DNA from: a virus
Lineage: Duplodnaviria > Heunggongvirae > Uroviricota > Caudoviricetes
Virus record (IMG/VR): IMGVR_UViG_2700989413_000006
Coordinates: 64,001 to 107,025 of that record
Reading direction: 5' to 3' (one strand)
Length of the DNA stretch: 43,025 nt
A program made the position numbers and the translations under genes. Shown here piece after piece: positions 36,104 to 43,025 of the stretch (the stretch's first letter is position 1; each line of letters starts with the position of its first letter). The notes under the pieces were generated by a model that had not been told where the DNA came from, made no database searches, and saw nothing but the letters and a program-made list of their open reading frames with translations.

Positions 36104-36742
36104 TTACTTGAGTACGATGTGGGCTAAAGCGTCCCCTGCGTTAATCATTGGGTCGTCATCGTCATATCCTTGTGACTTAATAACGGCCTGAATGCGATCA
36201 ACTACTTTGTCCACTTGCTCCACAGGGACTTTGAAACGCATGATTTGGTGTGTTTGAACCGCCTTTCCTGAAGGCAATTCAATGTCTTCTTCTGGCAAAT
36301 TGAGATCAGCTAGAGCATCTAGGGCTATAGTTGAATTAGAGAAAATCGTGTCGATGTCAGAAGAAGTGAAAGGCATGAACGTAGCGAGGTCTTCGGGAGT
36401 ACCAATGTCCGCAAAGATTTCTGCCAATTTTAGTGCGTCGTCAGAACCGTACCGCCCGTTATCGAGCAGTCCAATTTCTTTTGCTTCAACGTCGCTGATT
36501 TTTCCAAGATTGAAAGCGGGCACCTTGTCCACTTTCATTTGTTTTGCGACTAGAGCGCGATGTTCCCCTCCGATAATTTGGAGAGTGCCATTGTTGAGTT
36601 GACGCACAACAATTGGCTTGAACATCCCACGACGCTCGATGGATGCCTTTAACTTAGCTTCATTTTCTGGCGACACGATGTTTGAGTTCCACGGGTTAGG
36701 CTGCAACTGTGCAGGGTCAACCCATATGAGTTCGTGTGTCAT
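36104..36742 (-). CDS. Second ParB/Srx-domain protein with a putative C-terminal dimerisation domain
   Basis: LQPNPWNSN...LKASIERRGMFKPIVVR...IIGGEHR; start refined to MTHELIWV because the upstream codons contain the operator box. Confidence 0.85.
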   Translation of the reverse strand: MTHELIWVDPAQLQPNPWNSNIVSPENEAKLKASIERRGMFKPIVVRQLNNGTLQIIGGEHRALVAKQMKVDKVPAFNLGKISDVEAKEIGLLDNGRYGSDDALKLAEIFADIGTPEDLATFMPFTSSDIDTIFSNSTIALDALADLNLPEEDIELPSGKAVQTHQIMRFKVPVEQVDKVVDRIQAVIKSQGYDDDDPMINAGDALAHIVLK

Positions 36743-36755
36743 AATTACTAGAAGA

Positions 36756-36773
36756 TCAGTCAGTACTGACTTA
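36756..36773. promoter_or_regulatory. 18-bp box (TCAGTCA-GTAC-TGACTTA) at the divergent ParB/helicase junction
   Basis: Lies in the 72-bp divergent gap. Confidence 0.72.
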
Positions 36774-36814
36774 TACTTTGCCATAAATATAAGTCTTTTG
36801 CAAAAGGAATAAAT

Positions 36815-38530
36815 ATGTCAGAGGTAGTTACGATTGCCGCCGACGCGGTAAATGCCGTGCTGAGTCAGCCCAGCACAAAAGTAAAACTAATCGTTCAAAA
36901 GGCGCTTTCGTACCAAGTTGACGGCGCTGAAACAATGGCTGTTTTTAAACAGCATAAGTGGGATGGCCGTTCGTCCTTCTTTGTGTATAAAAATTGCTCC
37001 TTCCCTGCCGGCTTTCTTCATTTCGTCGCTGCCAATCTTCGCCGTGAGGGGTACAAGGTCAATATTGTTCGCAAGCCCTTCCCTGCCCCTTTAGGCCCTG
37101 AGCGCCCACAGGTAGACGCTTTTGGTTATGACTCTAAATATGATTACCAACCAGAGGTTATGGACAGGTTGGTAAAACATGGCCAAATCATTGCTCAGAT
37201 TGCTACAGGTGGCGGTAAGTCACGTATTGCCCGTCTTTGTTTCGCTCGTATTGCTCGCCCTACCCTCTTTCTCACCACGCGCTCAATCCTGATGTATCAA
37301 ATGAAGGATGCGTTTGAGAAAGATATGGGCATTCCATGTTCTGTCTTTGGTGATGGGCAATTTGGCAACGTGAACGCTCAAGGTCAGACGACTATCAAAA
37401 TGATGTCGGTTGGCACAGTACAGACATTCATGAGCAAGTTGGAAGTCACCACAATTCAGGAAGAGTTCAATGTTCTGTTCAATGCCGTGCAGGAGAAGTT
37501 CAAAAAAGAAATTGTGGCATTGAAGGGCAAGTTAGCGAAAGCCAAGAAAAGTACAGCTGAAATTACAGCTGCTACAAATGATCTGATTTCTAAACAGCAG
37601 GCATGGTTGAAGGCCAACAATCAAGACATGGCCAATAAGGCCAAAGCCAAATTTGACGAAAAGAATATCGAGCGTCAAAAAACCATCAAGCTTCTTTCCA
37701 TGTTCGAGTTCGTAATTTTGGAAGAGGCGCATGAAGCTTCAGGTAATTCTTACTACGAAATCTTGCGCTATTGTAAGAATGCTCATTACCGCTTGGCATT
37801 AACCGGTACGCCGTTTATGCGTGAGAGCGAAGAGTCGAACATGCGTCTAATGGCATGCTCTGGCCCGATCGCAATCAAAGTCACTGAGGAAATGCTAATT
37901 CAGCGCGGTGTACTTGCTAAGCCTTACTTCAAATATATTGAGCTTCGCAAAAAGCCAGATCACCTTCTCCGCACTACTGGTTGGCAATCGGCATATAGAT
38001 TGGGTGTCACAGAAAATGAAGAACGCAATTTAGCTATTGTGAGTGAGATTATTCGAGCCAAAGCTTACGGTTTGACGTCGATGATTCTTGTGCAACATAC
38101 ATCGCATGGCGAGCATTTAAACGAGCTTTTAACGCAATATGGTTTACGTGCTGAGTTCATTAAGGGTGAAAACAATCAAGCTGAGCGCAAACTAGCGTTG
38201 AACAAGCTTGCCAGTGGTTCGGTTGATGCGCTAATTGGTACAACCATTTTGGATGTGGGAGTAGACGTTCCAGCTGTGGGTATGATTATTCTTGCGGGCG
38301 GCGGTAAGGCTGAAATTGCATTGCGTCAACGTATTGGTCGCGGTTTGCGTGCGAAGAAGATTGGTCCAAATGTGGCGTTCATTGTCGACTTTACAGACCA
38401 TTGGAATACACATACCAAAAAACATGCTACGCAGCGACGCGAGATTGTTTTGCATACTAAAGGTTTCGGAGAGAACATTGTTAATGATTTCAATTTTGAA
38501 CAATTAGGCTTCACCAGATTGTCTGCATAA
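36815..38530 (+). CDS. Superfamily 2 helicase (DExH/ResIII-like)
   Basis: Motif I IATGGGKS, motif II variant LEEAH, motif III LTGTP, motif V ILDVGVDVP, motif VI QRIGRGLR. Confidence 0.92.
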   Translation: MSEVVTIAADAVNAVLSQPSTKVKLIVQKALSYQVDGAETMAVFKQHKWDGRSSFFVYKNCSFPAGFLHFVAANLRREGYKVNIVRKPFPAPLGPERPQVDAFGYDSKYDYQPEVMDRLVKHGQIIAQIATGGGKSRIARLCFARIARPTLFLTTRSILMYQMKDAFEKDMGIPCSVFGDGQFGNVNAQGQTTIKMMSVGTVQTFMSKLEVTTIQEEFNVLFNAVQEKFKKEIVALKGKLAKAKKSTAEITAATNDLISKQQAWLKANNQDMANKAKAKFDEKNIERQKTIKLLSMFEFVILEEAHEASGNSYYEILRYCKNAHYRLALTGTPFMRESEESNMRLMACSGPIAIKVTEEMLIQRGVLAKPYFKYIELRKKPDHLLRTTGWQSAYRLGVTENEERNLAIVSEIIRAKAYGLTSMILVQHTSHGEHLNELLTQYGLRAEFIKGENNQAERKLALNKLASGSVDALIGTTILDVGVDVPAVGMIILAGGGKAEIALRQRIGRGLRAKKIGPNVAFIVDFTDHWNTHTKKHATQRREIVLHTKGFGENIVNDFNFEQLGFTRLSA

Positions 38531-38531
38531 G

Positions 38532-38566
38532 AAAGGTTGCCACTTTAATGAGTGGCAATTCTTTTT
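38532..38566 (+). terminator. Terminator after the helicase
   Basis: TTGCCACT-ttaatg-AGTGGCAA followed by TTCTTTTT. Confidence 0.7.
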
Positions 38567-38622
38567 GTGACAAAGGTTTATGTATATAATTACTTGCGAC
38601 AAGACAGTTTTTAGAGAAAGTT

Positions 38623-38901
38623 ATGCCATCGTTTGATTCAAAGAAGTTCTATGACGAAAAGGGTTTGGTACGTAAGCCATTCACTGTGACGCAAGAAGCC
38701 TCAGAGATTATTGCTCGTTTCGCTGAGAAGTACCCTACCCTTACGCAAGGCGATATTGTCTCGGTTTTGGCAGGTTTTCTTGAAGATGATCGCATGAGCT
38801 ATGTAGTTGAAGAGGCTTGTGCTAAATTCGCTGAAGCCAAACCACCAAAAATTCATGCGAGAGCTGGTGGGCGGCCAAAAAAGAAAACAGAAGATTCTTA
38901 A
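38623..38901 (+). CDS. Small putative DNA-binding protein (RHH-like, with an AT-hook-like GGRPKKK tail)
   Basis: RKPFTVTQEASEIIARFAEKY..LTQGDIVSVL strand-helix-helix pattern. Confidence 0.55.
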   Translation: MPSFDSKKFYDEKGLVRKPFTVTQEASEIIARFAEKYPTLTQGDIVSVLAGFLEDDRMSYVVEEACAKFAEAKPPKIHARAGGRPKKKTEDS

Positions 38902-38937
38902 TACTTTATAAGGTAAAAAATATGATGGTGTGGACTC

Positions 38938-39198
38938 CTACAATTGAAGCGCGTAAAAATTCTGAATAACGATATTGAGTATGCGGGAATCAGGCTTTCC
39001 GACAAGGATGTGGAAGTATAAGGACTCATTCTCCGGCAGCCAGTCCTGAAAATATAAGGACGTTATAGGAGGTCGGAGATTTAGGAAGGCTATGCATCCG
39101 GGGTTGAGCGAAATCTCTAGGACTTCGCTACTCTCTGTCAATTTAAAACTATGCGCTTGTTTGTATGTTCGATATATGTGCATAAGAGCGCGAGACAC
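38938..39198 (-). CDS. Hypothetical protein (start uncertain)
   Basis: Open frame filling the gap; no clear RBS. Confidence 0.3.
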   Translation of the reverse strand: MSRALMHIYRTYKQAHSFKLTESSEVLEISLNPGCIAFLNLRPPITSLYFQDWLPENESLYFHILVGKPDSRILNIVIQNFYALQL

Positions 39199-39335
39199 AC
39201 ATAAAATATAAACGTCATAGCAAAATACAGCTTTGCAAAACTCAATGACACTTCACCGCTAACTGTATAAAACACCATTACAGCAAGCATGATTAAAACG
39301 AACACATTTATGATAATAATTATTAATGTTTTCAT
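39138..39335 (-). CDS. Small two-TM membrane protein
   Basis: Two long hydrophobic stretches; AAGGTG RBS; downstream of a box. Confidence 0.55.
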   Translation of the reverse strand: MKTLIIIIINVFVLIMLAVMVFYTVSGEVSLSFAKLYFAMTFIFYVCLALLCTYIEHTNKRIVLN

Positions 39336-39368
39336 AGCATCGCACCTTACAAGCTACTGACCGCTTAT

Positions 39369-39386
39369 GCAGTCAGTAGTGACTGA
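39369..39386. promoter_or_regulatory. 18-bp box (GCAGTCA-GTAG-TGACTGA)
   Basis: Intergenic; one mismatch. Confidence 0.68.
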
Positions 39387-39394
39387 CTTTTAAA

Positions 39395-40096
39395 TTAGCG
39401 TTTTTTCTCGATAGTGAATGTTTTAAACATTTCGACTATTAACGCGGTCACGTCTTCACTTGTAAAGCTGACCATACCGTGTTTTTCACCTTTCACAAGG
39501 TCGCATATATTGAACATTTGTAACATTGCTTTAGTTGAACATGTTTGAGTCGGTGCGGTATTCATGCCCGTACTATGATACTGTCTAACGCGTTTAACGT
39601 TCTCTAACCCGTCTTTGTTCTCTATAGCAGCACACAAGCAACGTTCAAGCTCAAAATGACGTAATTGTTTAAACTCGATTAAATTACGCAAAATAGAACG
39701 TGTGTACGGGTCAATCTTCATGCAGTTGTTTTGTGCAATTGCTTGCATGAGCTTGCGACACTTAACAATTGCTTTGCTTGCTAAATAACCGTCTTTACCT
39801 TTTATATCTTCACTGTAATTACCGATAATGTCAGCGAATGCTTTTAGCTCGATACCTTTAATTAAACATTGCTCTATAGTTGCTAAACCTGCATCAGTAG
39901 AGAAAAAGTTAATTTCACTTACTATGTCGCGTGATAACGGTTGATGCACCTTGCGTATCTCAAGGTTCGCAAGAATAGTCTTTTGTATGTTCTTAGCGCG
40001 TGCTTTGAAGTTTGTTTTAACTTCTTTTTTAGCAGTAGCAGCGTTTTCTATAGTTGTTTCAGCAGCTAAAAGATCAAGGTTTGCTTTAGTATTCAT
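39395..40096 (-). CDS. Hypothetical protein, possibly with a C-terminal winged helix
   Basis: Start refined to MNTKANLDLL; AT-rich; the TAPTQTCSTKAMLQMFNICDLVKG segment resembles a recognition helix plus wing. Confidence 0.65.
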   Translation of the reverse strand: MNTKANLDLLAAETTIENAATAKKEVKTNFKARAKNIQKTILANLEIRKVHQPLSRDIVSEINFFSTDAGLATIEQCLIKGIELKAFADIIGNYSEDIKGKDGYLASKAIVKCRKLMQAIAQNNCMKIDPYTRSILRNLIEFKQLRHFELERCLCAAIENKDGLENVKRVRQYHSTGMNTAPTQTCSTKAMLQMFNICDLVKGEKHGMVSFTSEDVTALIVEMFKTFTIEKKR

Positions 40097-40184
40097 AGTA
40101 AAAATCTCACATCGGTTAAGTTGTTTTAGATACCGTCTAACTTTTTCGAGTAAGTTGTTTCGGTATGAGTACATATTAGCACAA

Positions 40185-40207
40185 AATTGACTTGTTACAA
40201 GTCAATT
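40185..40207. promoter_or_regulatory. Second operator family, copy 1: AATTGACTTG-TTA-CAAGTCAATT
   Basis: Perfect 10-bp inverted repeat overlapping a putative minus-strand promoter (TTGTAA-16-TAATAT). Confidence 0.7.
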
Positions 40208-40220
40208 ATTAAAAATAATT

Positions 40221-40257
40221 TGTTTATTTGTTTAAATTTTGATCAAACAAATAAACA
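40221..40257. repeat. Perfect 13-bp inverted repeat with an 11-bp spacer
   Basis: TGTTTATTTGTTT-aaattttgatc-AAACAAATAAACA. Confidence 0.8.
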
Positions 40258-40270
40258 TGCTTTAAAATGC

Positions 40271-40300
40271 AATAAAACGCCCTTTTTAGAGCGTTTTATT
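40271..40300. terminator. Bidirectional terminator-like hairpin
   Basis: AATAAAACGC-10nt-GCGTTTTATT after the 40331 gene. Confidence 0.65.
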
Positions 40301-40330
40301 CAAAATGGTATGATCTATCGACTATAGTGC

Positions 40331-40657
40331 TTAAATCACTGTTAAGCGTATGTTATGCACGTTTAACGCAATGCTACGGTACTGCATAAAGTTAAGCATG
40401 TATCTATTAATAAAATCATTCATAAATGCGCTTTTAGATACCTTTAAAACTTTTTTGTGCTTAGTGATAGCTGTTAAGTATTCAATGCGCTTGTTTTGTC
40501 TCTCTATGCACTTATCAGCGTGAACTATTGCGCGTTGCTGTATTAAATGCATGTATGCGCGTTTACCTTCTAATACACTATTAAGCAATTCACTATCATT
40601 GTTTAATTCATTAGCAAGTTTAGCTATAGCATTTTTACGCATAATTTGAGTTGTCAT
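40331..40657 (-). CDS. Hypothetical basic helical protein
   Basis: GAAGG RBS, own upstream promoter unit, downstream terminator. Confidence 0.65.
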   Translation of the reverse strand: MTTQIMRKNAIAKLANELNNDSELLNSVLEGKRAYMHLIQQRAIVHADKCIERQNKRIEYLTAITKHKKVLKVSKSAFMNDFINRYMLNFMQYRSIALNVHNIRLTVI

Positions 40658-40734
40658 GATAAAACCTTCTATTTAGTTAAGTTGTGTTTGTCGGTTTGTT
40701 TCGAGCTAACCGACTGAGTGAATAATTGCACCTA

Positions 40735-40757
40735 AATTGACTTGTTGCAAGTTAATT
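40735..40757. promoter_or_regulatory. Second operator family, copy 2: AATTGACTTG-TTG-CAAGTTAATT
   Basis: Near-identical to 40185-40207; upstream of the 40657 start. Confidence 0.7.
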
Positions 40758-41057
40758 TTGAACGCAAAATAATCACTCGTTAAAAATAAAAACGAAATTA
40801 GAGTCAAAATCAATGAAAACCTTATGGCACAAGGGTTGGCGCGATTTTTGGGTGATCACGTCCGAGGCAATTCCTATCAAAAATTGGATTGCCGTGTGGC
40901 TCTTCCACGGCGGCACTGAGGCGAGTGGCAGCTCCTTATGCGAGCGTGCGGGTGTTTTAGGAAAATTCTATAGTTCAGCCGAGGCAACGCCGTTTTTCAC
41001 TCTTGGATGGGGCGTGGATCTGCTTTGGATTGTCCTAGGCATGTTGCGTACGATAAT

Positions 41058-41082
41058 AAAAAACCGCTCAAGTTAGAGCGGT
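41058..41082 (-). terminator. Intrinsic terminator (ACCGCTC stem)
   Basis: ACCGCTC-aagtta-GAGCGGT with a T6 tract on the minus strand. Confidence 0.75.
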
Positions 41083-41179
41083 GCAGTCATGTCCATGTTG
41101 AGTGAGCATCAGCGCTGTTCTACACAGCATGAAGGCGGTCAATTAAGCTCAACCGCGTTCACTTAATCAATGTGTCAGC

Positions 41180-41677
41180 TTAATTGTGCAAGTCGTCGTA
41201 TGTTGCTTTGCTTCCATCAGAAAATTCTATTACACAATTTTCTAGGTCCACTATCATGCTATCAGTGCGCTTTAGCTCACTTCGATAATGTTGGATTTCT
41301 TCGTCATCTTCTTCATCTATGAGGTCAATTACATGTGCGCAGTAGTCTGTAATGTCGTTAATCTCTGCAACTGCTGCATATAGCGCTTTGTGTTGTTCGT
41401 GATTAAGATGTGATAAATCCATTGTGCTGAAGTATTCGTAGAAGTCCTTAATTGTCAAACCGTCGACATACGTATAGTTTTTAGCTGATAGGTTTTTATT
41501 ATCCGCATCTTCTTTAGAGTGAGAGCTATAGCGAAAAACACCCTCGTCATTCTTGTGACTTGGACCGCACAGAGGAGATACGTTGTGTAGATATAAAGAT
41601 ATTATGCACGGTCGATCGAATCCTATAATTACTGCGTCATATCCTGATCTCGCTATACGGTGTGCTGTAACTTTCAT
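41180..41677 (-). CDS. Hypothetical acidic protein
   Basis: 165-aa ORF preceded by the repeated leader unit. Confidence 0.65.
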   Translation of the reverse strand: MKVTAHRIARSGYDAVIIGFDRPCIISLYLHNVSPLCGPSHKNDEGVFRYSSHSKEDADNKNLSAKNYTYVDGLTIKDFYEYFSTMDLSHLNHEQHKALYAAVAEINDITDYCAHVIDLIDEEDDEEIQHYRSELKRTDSMIVDLENCVIEFSDGSKATYDDLHN

Positions 41678-41684
41678 TTTTTAA

Positions 41685-41717
41685 CTCTATGTTGCTTGTT
41701 TCGATAGAGCTATTTTC
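41685..41717 (-). repeat. Repeated promoter/leader unit (GAAAAT-AGCTCTAT-CGAAACAA...ATAGAG hairpin), copy 1
   Basis: 22 nt (41696-41717) identical to 42293-42314; CTCTAT/ATAGAG stem. Confidence 0.8.
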
Positions 41718-41876
41718 TCAATGCGTTTGTGGATATATAACACATGGCTTAGGCGTTGTGTGCATGTTGCCTATGGGGGGTGGCCGCGCCGTGGATGTGC
41801 CGAGGATTGGCCTCATGAAAAATGCCTAGGCCTGTGCCTAAGTGAAAATTGGATTGGCCTAGGAAACAATATGATC

Positions 41877-41903
41877 AAAAGAAAACCGCTCATACAGAGC
41901 GGT
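41877..41903 (-). terminator. Intrinsic terminator (same ACCGCTC stem as 41058)
   Basis: AACCGCTC-ataca-GAGCGGTT followed by TTCTTTT on the minus strand. Confidence 0.75.
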
Positions 41904-41911
41904 TCAGAGTG

Positions 41912-42277
41912 TTAGCGTTTAAAGTTTAAGTGTGTCAATTCTTGCATTTGCTCACACATAAATTGTTGAGCTTCGATATAAGTCGTAAATATTACTTGTC
42001 GAGTTATCTTTGAGACTTCATACACAAAGTCATCGGTCTGTGAAAGGTTATACGCTTCAAGTTTTTCATGCTTATCTGCGTCCACTTTGCAAACGTTTAC
42101 TAAATAATGAATCTCTTCTTCATTTTCATGCACAGACAAATGAAGCGCATAAGCATCAATTCCAGAGTTCAACAAGATGATTTGACCGTAATGTACGTTT
42201 AACACATCTAAATCAGCTATATGCGAAAAGGTCCAGTCGCTTTTCTTTACTTCATCGTTGCTGTCATAAGTTTTCAT
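41912..42277 (-). CDS. Hypothetical protein
   Basis: Start refined to MKTYDSND because the upstream codons are the leader repeat. Confidence 0.62.
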   Translation of the reverse strand: MKTYDSNDEVKKSDWTFSHIADLDVLNVHYGQIILLNSGIDAYALHLSVHENEEEIHYLVNVCKVDADKHEKLEAYNLSQTDDFVYEVSKITRQVIFTTYIEAQQFMCEQMQELTHLNFKR

Positions 42278-42285
42278 AGCTCTAT

Positions 42286-42314
42286 CTCTATGTTGTTTCG
42301 ATAGAGCTATTTTC
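42286..42314 (-). repeat. Repeated promoter/leader unit, copy 2
   Basis: TTGTTT-17-GAAAAT, then the CTCTAT-CGAAACAAC-ATAGAG hairpin. Confidence 0.8.
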
Positions 42315-42370
42315 ACAAGCTGATTTTGGACAAACAATTTAAGGACTTGGAGACGTTAAGTCTTTTTTGC

Positions 42371-42664
42371 TCATATCTTCAACTCCGCTGTGTCGGTTTG
42401 TTTTGGATAACAATTGCAGCCTATCGACAATTCCTCACTGACACCGCCCCACTCTGCCACTATATCTAGGTCGCTGTGATTGTAGGCTTGATTGTGACCG
42501 CAAGGTTTCCATGTATTTAAACCGCGTGGGCGTAGCTTACCTCTAAACATCTTCCAAACAGAGCCTTTTATAGCGAATGTGCCATCACCGTTTACTTCGT
42601 GAACTGTAACTCGGCTACCGTTGCGTGTGCGGTAGTCGCCTGCTTTAGTTATTAGTTGAGTCAT
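42371..42664 (-). CDS. Hypothetical protein (small beta-rich phage domain)
   Basis: Start refined to MTQLITKAGDYRTRNG; the G.YRTRNG..V.V...W...G...DLDIVAEW pattern is seen in small phage proteins. Confidence 0.65.
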   Translation of the reverse strand: MTQLITKAGDYRTRNGSRVTVHEVNGDGTFAIKGSVWKMFRGKLRPRGLNTWKPCGHNQAYNHSDLDIVAEWGGVSEELSIGCNCYPKQTDTAELKI

Positions 42665-43025
42665 GATTAAACCCGTTGTTCGTTTCGATATGTATTGTGA
42701 TATTTCATAGCTGGATATGCACCGCATGGCATAGGCAATATTCATCAATCGCCTATTCCGATTAACCGCATGTTTGTGCCGAGGACATGCCAGTTTTTGC
42801 GTGGAACATTCCGAGGATTCGCCGTGATATTTTGAATTGGCAGCTGTGAGGAATAGCCTCGGCGCGAAAATTTTTGTTCCACTTGCCTGTGTGTATGTGT
42901 GATTTTTTAGGAAATATTTAGTTCAGGAAATTTGTTGGGATTTTTCATTTTCTCTATAAAGATTTTAAGTCATGACCATTCCGATGTGAAAACGCTAGAA
43001 GAAGTGAAAATGCCCCCCCTTCCCC

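Noticed and set aside
34922-36742. ParB-like genes as a ParABS partition system or as sulfiredoxins
   Set aside because: No ParA is adjacent and I could not identify a central HTH; the GHGRR/GGEHR motifs lack the catalytic Cys of sulfiredoxin (GCHR).
943-39386. 18-bp palindromes as a CRISPR array or REP elements
   Set aside because: Copies are kilobases apart, single and at gene junctions; there are no regular spacers and no cas genes.
40221-40257. XerC/D dif or protelomerase site
   Set aside because: Arms and the 11-bp spacer do not match the 11-6-11 dif consensus, and it is not a spacer-less palindrome.
40813-41076. Plus-strand 87-aa ORF (also 41721..41915)
   Set aside because: Overlies the repeat-rich noncoding blocks and terminators, has no RBS and has atypical composition.
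43012-43025. C-rich run at the window end as a genome terminus
   Set aside because: It coincides with the window boundary and the flanking sequence is unavailable.

Overview
This window is the virion-morphogenesis arm of a large siphovirus-type temperate phage, almost all on the minus strand. From right to left it runs: terS, terL, portal, scaffold, major capsid, head-tail connectors, tail tube, G/GT chaperones with a GGGAAAG -1 frameshift, a 1914-aa tape measure, lambda-like M/L/K/I, a 3716-aa modular J-type tail tip, two tip accessory proteins, holin and a GH24 endolysin cut by the window edge. Immediately upstream of terS sits a non-structural module (ParB-like, Gp49-like, ParB-like, ABC ATPase, thioredoxin, GNAT acetyltransferase, wHTH), divergent from an SF2 helicase. 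The right 4 kb holds small orphan genes separated by repeated promoter/hairpin/terminator units and CCNAGG-rich noncoding blocks. An 18-bp palindrome (TCAGTCA-N4-TGACTGA) recurs at 11 intergenic sites. The gene order resembles SSU5/pHCM2-like phage-plasmids and the endolysin resembles Acinetobacter prophage lysins; both assignments are inference from recalled family features, not from a search. I saw no integrase, rRNA, tRNA, IS or CRISPR array.
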